Shown: positions 14,975 to 24,137 of the stretch, piece by piece | How positions within the stretch are numbered: the first letter of the stretch is position 1 | How the letters are laid out: each line of letters starts with the position of its first letter | From: an uncultured Clostridia bacterium | Lineage (GTDB): Bacteria; UBA6262; WVXT01 | DNA length: 43,064 nt | Assembly: GCA_964616885.1 (NCBI GenBank) | Contig: CAZTSA010000001.1 | Location: forward strand, 1 to 43,064 | Reading direction: 5' to 3' | Translations under genes and position numbers: made by a program | Notes under the pieces: model-generated | Seen by the model: only the letters and a program-made list of their open reading frames with translations | The model's database searches: none | Told to the model about the DNA's origin: nothing

Positions 14975-17071
14975 TTAGATTTTTATTGTTAACCGCGAGT
15001 CAATTACAAAAGCCCCTTTGCCTGCAGGCAGAACCATCAATGGATTTATGTCCATTTCCAGAATCTCAGGAAAATCCGTAACCAGTTGAGATAATCTCAA
15101 AAGAGCCTCTTCCACTGCTGCCAAATCGGAAGGCTCTTCACCACGCATCCCTTTGAGAATTGGGTAGGAGCGAATTTCCTTTATCATCGAGTCCACATCG
15201 TCAAGATCTAAAGGTGCAATTCGGAAAGATATATCCTTAAGCGCTTCTACATAAATTCCGCCAAGCCCGAACATAAGAAGAGAACCGAAAGACGGATCCT
15301 TTGAGGAGCCTAATATTACCTCTTTCCCAGGCCCAATCATCTCTTCTAAGGCCACTCCCAGGATTAAGGCTTCGGGCATAAATCTCTTTGCATTTGATAT
15401 GAGGTCTTCAAAGATTCTTGCCACCTGGGACTTCTCGCTGATTCCAACCTTGACCCCTCCTATATCAGATTTGTGTAAAATGTCGGGCGATACAATCTTC
15501 ATCACTACCGGGTAACCAAGCGACCCTGCTGCCGAGATTGCCTCACGGGAGGTCTCGGTAACAATTCTCCGGGGAAGGGAAAAACCATAGGCCGAGAGCA
15601 CCTGCCTCGTCTCTTCGGGAGTCAAATTAGTTTTTACCTTCTCTTTCGCTTTTGAAAAAATCTTTTCTGCTTTCCCTTTATTTACCTTAAAAGACCTGGT
15701 TTTACCAGAAGGCGTCTCCTTCCACTTTCGGTACTTAACCATGGCCTCCAGGGCAGAAATGGCACGCTCGGGGTAAGGATAGTTGGGTATTTTTCCCGAA
15801 CGTAAAATGTCTATGCCTTCTTTAACTCCTAAGCGCCCCATAAAAGAAGAGACAATGGGTTTATCAGAAACTAATGACGAAATTTTGTTTATGACTTCTG
15901 CTGTTTCTTTTATTTCAGTCATCGCCTGAGGCGTCAAAATTACAACGAGGCTATCAACTCCCGGGTCGTCAATGACAGTTTTCATTGCCTTCTCATAACG
16001 AGTTGCTCCTGCATCACCAATCACGTCTACGGGGTTGTATATAGAAGCGCTTGCAGGAAGATCCTGGCGAAGTTTACTAATTGTTTCTTCCCTGAAAGAA
16101 GCCATATGTAAAATAGAATTCTCGGCTGCATCTGATGCAATGATTCCTGGCCCGCCAGCATTAGTGAGAATAGCAAGATTTGAGCCTCGGGGAATAGGTT
16201 GATAGGCGAAAGCAATAGCATAATCGAAAAGAGACTCTACTGTCTCAGCTCTGATTACTCTCGACTGCCTGAAAGCAGCTTCATAGGCGGTCTCTGAGCC
16301 TGTCAGGGTTCCTGTGTGTGAAGAAGCAGCTCTAGCTCCGGCTTGCGTCCTCCCGGATTTGGTAATAATAATCGGCTTTCGCCGGGAGACCTTTCTGGCT
16401 ACCTCCATAAATCTGACGCCCTTTTCTATTCCTTCCAGATAGCCGAGGATAACCTTTGTTTCAGGGTCATCTGCGAGGGCAAGTAATAAGTCTACCTCGT
16501 CAATATCTGCTTTGTTTCCCAGGCTAATGAATTTTGAGAAGCCAACATTTTCTTCGAGAGCCCAGTCTAAAACGGCAGTACACAGAGCGCCAGACTGAGA
16601 AAAGAAAGCGATATTTCCTCTGGAAGGCATGCCTGCGGCAAATGAGGCGTTGAGGCAGGAAGCAGTATCGATAACCCCGAGACAATTGGGACCAAGAAGC
16701 CTCATACTTGAATCTTTAACAATTTCTACTAATTCCTTCTCCAGTCTGGTTCCCTGTTTACCAGATTCTTTGAAGCCGGCCGAAACAATAATTAGCGAGG
16801 CGATTCTTTTCCTCACGCAATCCTTAAGGACAGAAGGTACAAACTCGGAAGGAATGGCAACTACGGCGAGGTCTATCTCTCCTTCTACTTCAAAAATTGT
16901 GGGATATGCTCTTATTCCCAGAATTTCTTCGGCTTTCGGATTGACTGGATAAATCTTTCCTTTATAGCCGTATCGGACAAGATTGTTCAAAATGCTATGC
17001 CCAACTTTTCCTTCCTGTCGAGAAGCACCGATCACCGCTATTGATGTAGGGTCAAAAAGTTTTTCTAACAC
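14975..17071 (-). CDS. Acetate--CoA ligase (ADP-forming), fused alpha/beta type
   Basis: It has an N-terminal CoA-binding domain (SIAVIGAS), succinyl-CoA-synthetase-like flavodoxin domains, a GTLTGS block (phosphohistidine-loop region) and a C-terminal ATP-grasp. It is 698 aa. Confidence 0.9.
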   Translation of the reverse strand: MLEKLFDPTSIAVIGASRQEGKVGHSILNNLVRYGYKGKIYPVNPKAEEILGIRAYPTIFEVEGEIDLAVVAIPSEFVPSVLKDCVRKRIASLIIVSAGFKESGKQGTRLEKELVEIVKDSSMRLLGPNCLGVIDTASCLNASFAAGMPSRGNIAFFSQSGALCTAVLDWALEENVGFSKFISLGNKADIDEVDLLLALADDPETKVILGYLEGIEKGVRFMEVARKVSRRKPIIITKSGRTQAGARAASSHTGTLTGSETAYEAAFRQSRVIRAETVESLFDYAIAFAYQPIPRGSNLAILTNAGGPGIIASDAAENSILHMASFREETISKLRQDLPASASIYNPVDVIGDAGATRYEKAMKTVIDDPGVDSLVVILTPQAMTEIKETAEVINKISSLVSDKPIVSSFMGRLGVKEGIDILRSGKIPNYPYPERAISALEAMVKYRKWKETPSGKTRSFKVNKGKAEKIFSKAKEKVKTNLTPEETRQVLSAYGFSLPRRIVTETSREAISAAGSLGYPVVMKIVSPDILHKSDIGGVKVGISEKSQVARIFEDLISNAKRFMPEALILGVALEEMIGPGKEVILGSSKDPSFGSLLMFGLGGIYVEALKDISFRIAPLDLDDVDSMIKEIRSYPILKGMRGEEPSDLAAVEEALLRLSQLVTDFPEILEMDINPLMVLPAGKGAFVIDSRLTIKI

Positions 17072-17115
17072 TGTTTAATTTAGTTCCATTTAAAGAGAGG
17101 ATTTTTTCCTTCCCT

Positions 17116-17880
17116 TTATTCTATCTTTTTATCGTATTTTGTTGTTCTCTGCTTAGCCCACTCCCAGGTATAATCGTACAAGTGAAGGCCTTTACTTATC
17201 GCTATGATTTCTCCGTCTTCGATTCCAATCTCTTCTGCCATATACTGCTTTACTAGTTGCAATCCACCCAGGTTTGAGGGGAAACCTCCCCATAAATCCC
17301 AGGACCTGAAATAAGGAATAAAATGGAGTTTCCCATACCTGATTCTAGTGTCTATTAATCTCAGACAGGGAGGATCTTTTAAGCCAACATCAGAAGGCAT
17401 TCCAATCTCCATTATCGCCTGATTCGTGCCATGTCCCTCTGTCCTGTACATTTTTATGACTTCCTCTATCTGGTTAACATTGAGAGGAATTTCTTTCATT
17501 ATCCTTTTTCCTTTAATATTTTCCACTATTCTCACCTTGGGGTCAACCAGTCTCTCACCGTAGGTATAGTCTTCTGTCTCTGTCTTGGCTCCGGTCAAAA
17601 GGTATTGGAGATAACCCTGGATATACTCCATACTCGTTGGGGCTGGAATGCCAGAACCTTCGGGAATAATAGGTATTATCTGATGAGAAGGTTTCTTAAC
17701 CCTGACAGTAACGAAATCGAACTCCAGCCTCTTCTGGCCTTTATAACTACCTCTGGTAACCGTGTAAACTTCCCCCTTCTCCAATATCGCTGAAAGACAC
17801 TGGAACCAGGCATCGTCGAGGTCAAAAGCCTCAATATATACTGGCTTCATACCTTCGTTCTGAGTGGACTGAGTTAACAT
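17116..17880 (-). CDS. thyA: Thymidylate synthase family protein, archaeal-like divergent ThyA
   Basis: It has a PPCL block (catalytic Cys position) and FRSWDLWGGFPSN, matching the ThyA R-S-x-D and G-x-P-x-N motifs. The Asn is retained, which implies a dUMP-type substrate. The start is M1 or the internal MKPVY. Confidence 0.7.
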   Translation of the reverse strand: MLTQSTQNEGMKPVYIEAFDLDDAWFQCLSAILEKGEVYTVTRGSYKGQKRLEFDFVTVRVKKPSHQIIPIIPEGSGIPAPTSMEYIQGYLQYLLTGAKTETEDYTYGERLVDPKVRIVENIKGKRIMKEIPLNVNQIEEVIKMYRTEGHGTNQAIMEIGMPSDVGLKDPPCLRLIDTRIRYGKLHFIPYFRSWDLWGGFPSNLGGLQLVKQYMAEEIGIEDGEIIAISKGLHLYDYTWEWAKQRTTKYDKKIE

Positions 17881-18072
17881 TTCATCACCTCAAGCTTTAG
17901 TTTATTTGACGGATACCGGCACATCGCGTACAACTTTTCTAATTGTATAACGAAGCATGAAACGCCCCGGCGAGTAGATACTAGGTCAAGCTTTCCTTTG
18001 GCACTTCACAGGTTCCCTATCCCCGGGGAACAGAGTATCGAAGTGAGGAGAGTGTAAAGCGATGGCCTGCTT

Positions 18073-19467
18073 TTATTCGAGGAAGTATTTTCTGCCGGGT
18101 CTGATAATTAAGATTTGCCCTATTCTTATCTTATTGATATTTCTTATTTCGTTATCTCTTTTAATCGCGTACACGGTAGTATAGTATGTTCCAGCAATTT
18201 TTCCCAAAATATCTCCCTTCTTCACTTTGTAGCGAATAAGTCCCCTCCCCGGAGTTAAATCCTTTACCTCAGCAACATTGGTAAGAAATCTCTCCTTTGT
18301 ACCAGGAGGAAGTCTTAACCTGAAATTGGGATAGTTCTTCGGAGTACACCAAGCTCGTAAAGCAGGATTCAGTTCTTTTATCTCGGCTTCTGTTGCGCCT
18401 GCGCATTTGGCAATAACTTCCAGGTCAATTACCCTATCCAGAATAATCTCATCATAGCTTGAGGGTTCGTGGAAATCTAAGGAAAACCCGTAGTCTTGAT
18501 AATTTTCTCCAATAATCACACATGCCATAAATTTGGGAACAAAATTTTCCGTTTCCCTGGGCAAAGCTTCTCTCTCTACCAATTGGCTAAAGTCAACGGA
18601 CTTGGAAAATTTTAAATCGTTGCCAATTCCAACTTGACCCCGATTATAAGCAGCCAGGGCTAAATGCCAGTCATTAAACCAGGTATGGAGGTCTTTTAGA
18701 AATTTGAGAGCAGCGTGGGTAGACTTCTCCGGATCTCTCCTCTCGTCTATCCAATAATTAATAACCAATCCTAGCTTTCTGGCAGGAGTTTCCATTAGCT
18801 GCCACAGACCCACGGCCCGAGCCCAAGAATAAGCGTTCACCTTATAAAGGCTCTCCACTATGGGTAAATAGACTAACTCTCGAGGAAGGCCGTATTCTTC
18901 CAGAGCTCCAATAATCATCTCACGGTATCTGCCTGACCTTTCCAGTGCTTCAGCAATTGCTTTTCTTCTCTCTCCTTCACTATAAAGTCTTATATATTTC
19001 TTTACCAAATCATTTTCAGTATCAATGGTTATGGTATAACTTCCTTTTATTTGCTCTGGGCCTAAATTTTCTGTTTCTTTCAGTTCTTCTTTAGAAACCT
19101 CTAGAATCGATTCGGAATTTCTCTCCATTTCTTCGAGAAGCACATCCAGTTTGCCGAAGAGATTATCGTATTCCTCCTTCAATTGATAGTTCAGAACGGC
19201 GTCCAGATTGGACTTGGCTAATTTTTTCAAAGCTTGATGATAAAGATTCTCTGCGAGAGCAACATTTCCCTCTTCGTAGGCTATAACTGCCTGATTATAG
19301 AGGTTTTCTGTCTCTTTAATTGTTTGTTTTAAAGATTCTACCTCTTCCTTAATAGGCGAAGGAGAACTTTTTACGGATTGGGTGATTAGCGGAAGGAACA
19401 AAAAAGTAATCATGAGAGTAGAAAGTAGAAGTATTTGTTTTATTCTTACTTTCATATTCTTTTGCAT
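18073..19467 (-). CDS. Lytic murein transglycosylase (SLT domain) with a C-terminal LysM, MltD-like
   Basis: It has a signal/anchor, the SLT catalytic block (PIVESLY..NAYSWARAVGLWQLM) and a LysM (YKVKKGDILGKIAG...IRIGQIL). Confidence 0.85.
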   Translation of the reverse strand: MQKNMKVRIKQILLLSTLMITFLFLPLITQSVKSSPSPIKEEVESLKQTIKETENLYNQAVIAYEEGNVALAENLYHQALKKLAKSNLDAVLNYQLKEEYDNLFGKLDVLLEEMERNSESILEVSKEELKETENLGPEQIKGSYTITIDTENDLVKKYIRLYSEGERRKAIAEALERSGRYREMIIGALEEYGLPRELVYLPIVESLYKVNAYSWARAVGLWQLMETPARKLGLVINYWIDERRDPEKSTHAALKFLKDLHTWFNDWHLALAAYNRGQVGIGNDLKFSKSVDFSQLVEREALPRETENFVPKFMACVIIGENYQDYGFSLDFHEPSSYDEIILDRVIDLEVIAKCAGATEAEIKELNPALRAWCTPKNYPNFRLRLPPGTKERFLTNVAEVKDLTPGRGLIRYKVKKGDILGKIAGTYYTTVYAIKRDNEIRNINKIRIGQILIIRPGRKYFLE

Positions 19468-19513
19468 TTCAAAATATTTTATATTTTTTCTTCTGAATAA
19501 TCAAATAAAAAAT

Positions 19514-20608
19514 CTATGAGTCAATGACAAATTTGTCTATCTTAAGTGTATTTTTCAGATAATTCATATATTTAAATGAATCGCGGTCCACTGGAATCCC
19601 TTCGACTTTTCTCTCTCTTTCCATGTCGAATTCCTTCTCCCCGGCAATATAGATTCTCTCTTTCCGCTGAAATTTCTTAGAGGCTTTTATTTCCCGGAAC
19701 ATCGTATCTACCGTCTTTTTAAACTCATCGAGTGGGCGGAAAAGTTCTATCTTAATTGCTCCGAAGAAATGGCCAAGATTATAACCTCCTTTCTTAAATC
19801 GGGAAAGATGTACACCAAAATTGGCACCTGTGAAGCAAGCACAGAGAATGTCTACGAGGAGACCCAACCCATATCCTTTATGTCCACCGAATTCTTCTCC
19901 TATCCCTCCCAGGGGAAGGAGCGCAGCTTTCCTGGTAAATATGCCTTCGGTGACTTTTTTTGGATCGGTAAGGGTTTTGCCCCTTTCGTCTATAGCCCAG
20001 CCGGCAAGCATTTTTTTATTTTCCATCTCCAGAACTTCCAATGTCCCTCTCTGGACAATACTGGTTGCCATGTCCAGGACAAATGGAAATGGCCCACCAG
20101 TTGGTACGGCCACACTTATAGGATTTGTTCCCAGAACAGGCTCCACCCCGAAAGTGGGAGCGACCGAAGAACGAGCGTTAGTGAGAGAAATACCAACCAT
20201 ATCTTTTTCCAAAGCCATTGTTGAATAGTAGCCGGCAATTCCAAAGTGGTTACTATTTCTCACTCCGACAAAACCCACTCCAGATTTTTCGGCAATTTCG
20301 ATGCACTTCTTCATAGCTTTAAATGCCACGACTTGACCCAAGCCGTTTCCGCCATCAATCAAAGCAGTCACTGGCGTTTCTTTTACCACTTTTATTCTGG
20401 CGACCGGTTCAATGCCTCCCCCCTTTATACCTTCCACGTATCTCCTCAGGCGAGAGATTCCATGTGACGCAAATCCTCTTAAGTCGGCTGCAACCAGAAT
20501 ATCAGCAACTATCCTGGCATCTGAACTGGGCACTCCCAATTTTTCGAACACCTCGATTATGAAATCTTCCAGTAATTCCTTCTTTAATATCACCTTATTC
20601 TTCTGCAA
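19514..20608 (-). CDS. Ldh_2 family oxidoreductase (malate/L-lactate/sulfolactate dehydrogenase type 2)
   Basis: It has the family blocks GF.SHGISR, NSNHFG.AGYY and GGHKGYGL. Confidence 0.85.
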   Translation of the reverse strand: MQKNKVILKKELLEDFIIEVFEKLGVPSSDARIVADILVAADLRGFASHGISRLRRYVEGIKGGGIEPVARIKVVKETPVTALIDGGNGLGQVVAFKAMKKCIEIAEKSGVGFVGVRNSNHFGIAGYYSTMALEKDMVGISLTNARSSVAPTFGVEPVLGTNPISVAVPTGGPFPFVLDMATSIVQRGTLEVLEMENKKMLAGWAIDERGKTLTDPKKVTEGIFTRKAALLPLGGIGEEFGGHKGYGLGLLVDILCACFTGANFGVHLSRFKKGGYNLGHFFGAIKIELFRPLDEFKKTVDTMFREIKASKKFQRKERIYIAGEKEFDMERERKVEGIPVDRDSFKYMNYLKNTLKIDKFVIDS

Positions 20609-20650
20609 GATTTCTCCCTCCTTGTAGAAACTAACGCAAATTACAATAAT

Positions 20651-20720
20651 TGTAGAGGCTCAATTTATTGTAGGGGTCGGATTTATCAGACCCGCGGGTT
20701 CGATGAATCGAACCCCTACA
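20651..20720. repeat. Palindromic repeat module (tgtagRggctcaatttattg ... gcgggttcgatgaatcgaacccctaca), left copy
   Basis: It is a direct repeat of 21945-22002. It contains the gggttcgat/atcgaaccc palindrome, and the stop codon of the membrane protein gene lies inside it. Confidence 0.85.
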
Positions 20721-21921
20721 TTATTACTGAATAGATAAGTCCAATCGTTATCATAAGAAATATAGGGAAAATCAACTCTTTATAATAAAGCTTCAACCAG
20801 TCAGCCTGGAAATATTCTCTGGTCAATGCCAGACAGAAATGGACGGGTGTCAACAAGACGCCAGCAAATCCACACATAAACGAAAAAGTCATAAGCGACA
20901 ATTTACCATTAAACAAGGGCAGAATGACAGGAAAGGTGATACCGACTGCAGCCATCGTCATCCCCGTCAAGAAACCCACAATGAATGGAAGAAAAGAAAT
21001 AACTAAGTATCGAGGAATACCAGCAGTCCGAAAGAAAAGAGGCAGGCGTTCTATAATTCCTGAGGTTTCCAACATCGCCTTGAAAATCATAACACCAAAA
21101 ACAATAAGAATCATCCCATACTTCTCATGTGCCGCGGAGCGGAAAAGCGTTCTGATAGAAATCCGATTGCTGATGATTGTGAAGGCTATTGATGCAAGAA
21201 GAGCGTATAAGACTTCTAGTCTAAAGACCAGAACCAGAAACATCACCAAAATAATTGGCGATAGATTGAACAGAAAACCCAGAGTTGCTCGACCTCGCTG
21301 GGAGTGAGTTTTCGCTGAATGCTGAGGTTTCCATCTTAGTCTTCCGGTGCCCCAAATTATTCCTATGATAATTGCACTTACGGTCAAAATACTATTACTT
21401 GCAATTACTCTGTATATAGGGACAGCCACAATGCCAGCAGCAAGTATAATTCCCGGATAGAGCGGTAGAGTATATTCCCAGAGATGTCTAAACCAAAAAT
21501 TGAGAAAGGTCTTTCGCTCATTCGATATGCCCATCTCCTGGGTAACTTCCTTTACTACTGGGGCAGAAACGAGCGCCCCACCAAACATGGGAAGAAAACC
21601 AACCACTGCCGGCACAACAGCAATAATCCACCTTATGTCTAAGAGCATATTGCTCATGTTATCAATGATTTTCGTAAAGGTATATGCAGCTGTCATAGAA
21701 GAATTGAATATAATAACTAAGAATAGAGTGGCAACAATCTCTAGAGTCTCTTTTGATAGGCAGGCAGCATAGAAAGTTCTTGAAATCTCTCCTAAGGTAA
21801 ACTTGTGGGCAATAGCCAGAAAGAGCGCCGCTATTATCATGGTAAGAGTCAGACTCAAGTTCCATTTGAAAAGAATCAGAATAATCGCTAAGGACGCAAT
21901 CAAAATTATCAAGTCCTTCAT
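20716..21921 (-). CDS. Polytopic membrane protein, putative transporter (DUF401-like)
   Basis: It is 401 aa with about 10-12 hydrophobic helices and no soluble domains. The family name is tentative. Confidence 0.5.
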   Translation of the reverse strand: MKDLIILIASLAIILILFKWNLSLTLTMIIAALFLAIAHKFTLGEISRTFYAACLSKETLEIVATLFLVIIFNSSMTAAYTFTKIIDNMSNMLLDIRWIIAVVPAVVGFLPMFGGALVSAPVVKEVTQEMGISNERKTFLNFWFRHLWEYTLPLYPGIILAAGIVAVPIYRVIASNSILTVSAIIIGIIWGTGRLRWKPQHSAKTHSQRGRATLGFLFNLSPIILVMFLVLVFRLEVLYALLASIAFTIISNRISIRTLFRSAAHEKYGMILIVFGVMIFKAMLETSGIIERLPLFFRTAGIPRYLVISFLPFIVGFLTGMTMAAVGITFPVILPLFNGKLSLMTFSFMCGFAGVLLTPVHFCLALTREYFQADWLKLYYKELIFPIFLMITIGLIYSVIM

Positions 21922-21944
21922 ATTTTATCTTCTCCGATAGAAAA

Positions 21945-22002
21945 TGTAGGGGCTCAATTTATTGAGTCCGTTTCTGCGGGTTAGATTAATCGAACCCCTA
22001 TG
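21945..22002. repeat. Palindromic repeat module, right copy
   Basis: tgtaggggctcaatttattgag...gcgggttagattaatcgaacccctatg has the same orientation as 20651-20720. Confidence 0.85.
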
Positions 22003-22044
22003 ACATTGGAGTAATTATAGTAGATTTCTCGACAAGAAATCAAA

Positions 22045-22071
22045 CAAAAAAATCTTCCCAGATGGGAAGAT
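22045..22071 (-). terminator. Intrinsic terminator after the response regulator gene
   Basis: On the minus strand: ATCTTCCC-ATCT-GGGAAGAT followed by TTTTTTT. Confidence 0.75.
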
Positions 22072-22111
22072 TTCTTATTTTCATAAATCAAAGTCTTTTC
22101 AAAAACTATTC

Positions 22112-22582
22112 TTAAGAAGTGTCTTTATGCCTTTCCTCAAAAGTCGCCCTATACTCGGCTTTTTCCATAAATTCGTTGAATTTAGTCTCAATTGTATTGT
22201 TAATTGTTACCACTTCAAATGGTTTCACAATATAGTCATCCGCACCTTTTTCGTATGCGCGCTTAACATCTTCCAATCGGTCTAAAGCTGTGAATATAAA
22301 AATAGGAATATCTTTTGTCTTATTGTAAGACTTGAGCAATTCACAAACCCTAAATCCACTCATTCCCGGCATAACCAGATCCAAAAGGATGATGTCTGGC
22401 TCAAGCTTCCTTGCCTTTCTAATTCCATCTATACCATTATTAGCGGTAATCACCTCGTGTCCAAATTGGCTCAATTTAAACTTGAGGAGCGACAGGACAG
22501 CCTCTTCATCATCTATCGCTAATATTCTTAATCGTATTCTTTTTACAATTTTTATTTTACCAAATCTAGATGGAAAAGTCAA
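22112..22582 (-). CDS. Single-domain response regulator (CheY-like receiver)
   Basis: It has the DDE acidic pocket, ILLDLVMPGMSG (phospho-acceptor Asp), T in FIFTA and K in VKPF. Confidence 0.9.
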   Translation of the reverse strand: MTFPSRFGKIKIVKRIRLRILAIDDEEAVLSLLKFKLSQFGHEVITANNGIDGIRKARKLEPDIILLDLVMPGMSGFRVCELLKSYNKTKDIPIFIFTALDRLEDVKRAYEKGADDYIVKPFEVVTINNTIETKFNEFMEKAEYRATFEERHKDTS

Positions 22583-22607
22583 CGATAAAATTGTTATTTA
22601 CCTTGAT

Positions 22608-23507
22608 TCACTCTCCTTCCTTCTTTTCTTCTCCAAAAAACTCTTGCTGTTCAGGTAGGATCGCTTTCCGAAGTAATTCCTTTGTTCTCTCCCCCATTTC
22701 CACAATATCGGCTAGGAAACTTTTCATTTGGAGGGCGTTTCTCGCCGCTGCACCTGCGTGGCAATTATTGAAAAATACATACCCCTTTTGTGCCTTCTCA
22801 TGAATCCTTTTGATGGGGTCAACAAAGTCTTTTAATTCTTTATCGGAATAGAGATAATTATATCGCTCTGAGGTTGGCACATTGAACCAATTCTGGTTTC
22901 TTCCGTGCAACCGCAGGTAGCCTATGCTGGATGTGATTTCTTCAACGAAAGGCATTAACCTGGGCAATTTTGGCTCATCTACTATGCAATAGGCAAGGTC
23001 GTTCTCTCTGAGGAAAGTGAATGTTTCGGGTTTTGCCCAGGCGCGGTTTCTGAATTCGATTACCGCCGGCACATCGCCGAGCCACTCCTTGCATTGAAGA
23101 ATATAATCTTTGCTTTCTGAGGCAGGATAGAAGAAGACCGGGAATTGCAGGAGAATAGCTCCCAGTTTGTTACCGTCCATTAGAGGCTTCAATGAATATA
23201 TGAATTTTCCAAATGTTTCCTTGACCTCGTCCAATTCGGGTTTCTGTTCAAGCCTGCTGTCAAAAGGGTCGTGAGTGATGCCCCTAAAGGCTTTTACTAC
23301 GAAATCGAACTTTTCCGTGGTCTTTTTTGCCAATCCTTCCATGGTTTTGAGTCTGGGAAGGGTATAATATGTGAAGTTTATCTCCACGGTGTCGAACCCG
23401 AGTTCTTGCTCGTAGTACCGAAGGCTATCCTTCGGTTGAATATTTTTGGGATAAACCACTCCTCGCCAGTCTGGAAAGGAGAATCCGCTCGTGCCAATTT
23501 TTATCAT
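22608..23507 (-). CDS. DUF72 (YecE-like) domain protein
   Basis: It has IGTSGFSFPDW, YYE..F..VEIN.TYY and FVVKA. I placed the start at MIKIGTSGF. Confidence 0.85.
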   Translation of the reverse strand: MIKIGTSGFSFPDWRGVVYPKNIQPKDSLRYYEQELGFDTVEINFTYYTLPRLKTMEGLAKKTTEKFDFVVKAFRGITHDPFDSRLEQKPELDEVKETFGKFIYSLKPLMDGNKLGAILLQFPVFFYPASESKDYILQCKEWLGDVPAVIEFRNRAWAKPETFTFLRENDLAYCIVDEPKLPRLMPFVEEITSSIGYLRLHGRNQNWFNVPTSERYNYLYSDKELKDFVDPIKRIHEKAQKGYVFFNNCHAGAAARNALQMKSFLADIVEMGERTKELLRKAILPEQQEFFGEEKKEGE

Positions 23508-23555
23508 TTCATTAACAACCCCCGGTTTCAAAGACGCAAAGACTATCGCTCATGC

Positions 23556-23783
23556 TTACTGCGGGTCTTTCCCAATCTGGACAATTTTATGTCTCGATCT
23601 TTCTCCCCGGACTATCTTTATATGGTTCCTTTTTACTTTGAATTTTAAAGAAAGTAATTCTATTAAGAGTTTGTTTGCTTTCCCTTTCTCAGGTAGGGCA
23701 GTTAGATAAACCTTCCAGCAATTTTCTTCTTGTTTGATTTCATTCTTTCTGGCATTGGGAGCGACTTTAACATTTAAGATCAT
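23556..23783 (-). CDS. DUF167 (YggU-like) protein
   Basis: It is 75 aa with V.PNA..NEI, P.KGKAN..L and I.I..G..S..K. Confidence 0.8.
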   Translation of the reverse strand: MILNVKVAPNARKNEIKQEENCWKVYLTALPEKGKANKLLIELLSLKFKVKRNHIKIVRGERSRHKIVQIGKDPQ

Positions 23784-23827
23784 TACGTAACCTTACTTTC
23801 CATTTTCCAGGGTGGCAAAATAAGAAA

Positions 23828-23901
23828 TGGGCCCACTAGGATTCGAACCTAGGACTCCCTGATTATGAGTCAGGTGCTCTAACCAGCTGAGCTATGGGCC
23901 C
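23828..23901 (-). tRNA. tRNA with CAU anticodon (elongator Met or lysidine-modified Ile2)
   Basis: Cloverleaf: GGGCCCA/TGGGCCC acceptor, GCTC/GAGC D stem, CCTGA-CTCATAA-TCAGG anticodon arm, CTAGG-TTCGAAT-CCTAG T arm. It has no initiator features. The C4:G69 and C5:G68 pairs are reminiscent of tRNA-Ile2. Confidence 0.95.
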
Positions 23902-24134
23902 ATTTTTGCTTTTAAATATTTGCTTCCAGATAAGGTCTTGAAATACTTCTCTCTTTTTCTTGCTTCTACTCTATCGCTAACTGCTTCAAAATAAACTAAT
24001 TCGTATGGCTTCCACTTTTTAGTCGTTCGCGTTTTGCCACTATTGTGTTCTTTTAATCTCTTCTCTATATTTCCTGTTATCCCTTTATATAATTTCCCAT
24101 TAATTTTACTTCTTATCAGATAAACAAAATACAT
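23892..24134 (-). CDS. GIY-YIG nuclease family protein (small, UPF0213/YhbQ-like)
   Basis: It has YFVYLI...LYKGIT (GIY...YIG), R..EHN and E...RE...K. Its last three codons and stop (ATG GGC CCA TAG) are the first 10 nt of the tRNA(CAU) gene. Confidence 0.85.
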   Translation of the reverse strand: MYFVYLIRSKINGKLYKGITGNIEKRLKEHNSGKTRTTKKWKPYELVYFEAVSDRVEARKREKYFKTLSGSKYLKAKMGP

Positions 24135-24137
24135 CTC

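Noticed and set aside
17960-18000. GAGTAGAT / GCG-rich words reminiscent of a THF riboswitch near thyA
   Set aside because: The resemblance is on the plus strand, whereas thyA is transcribed on the minus strand. It amounts to only a short word match with no recognisable pseudoknot partners.
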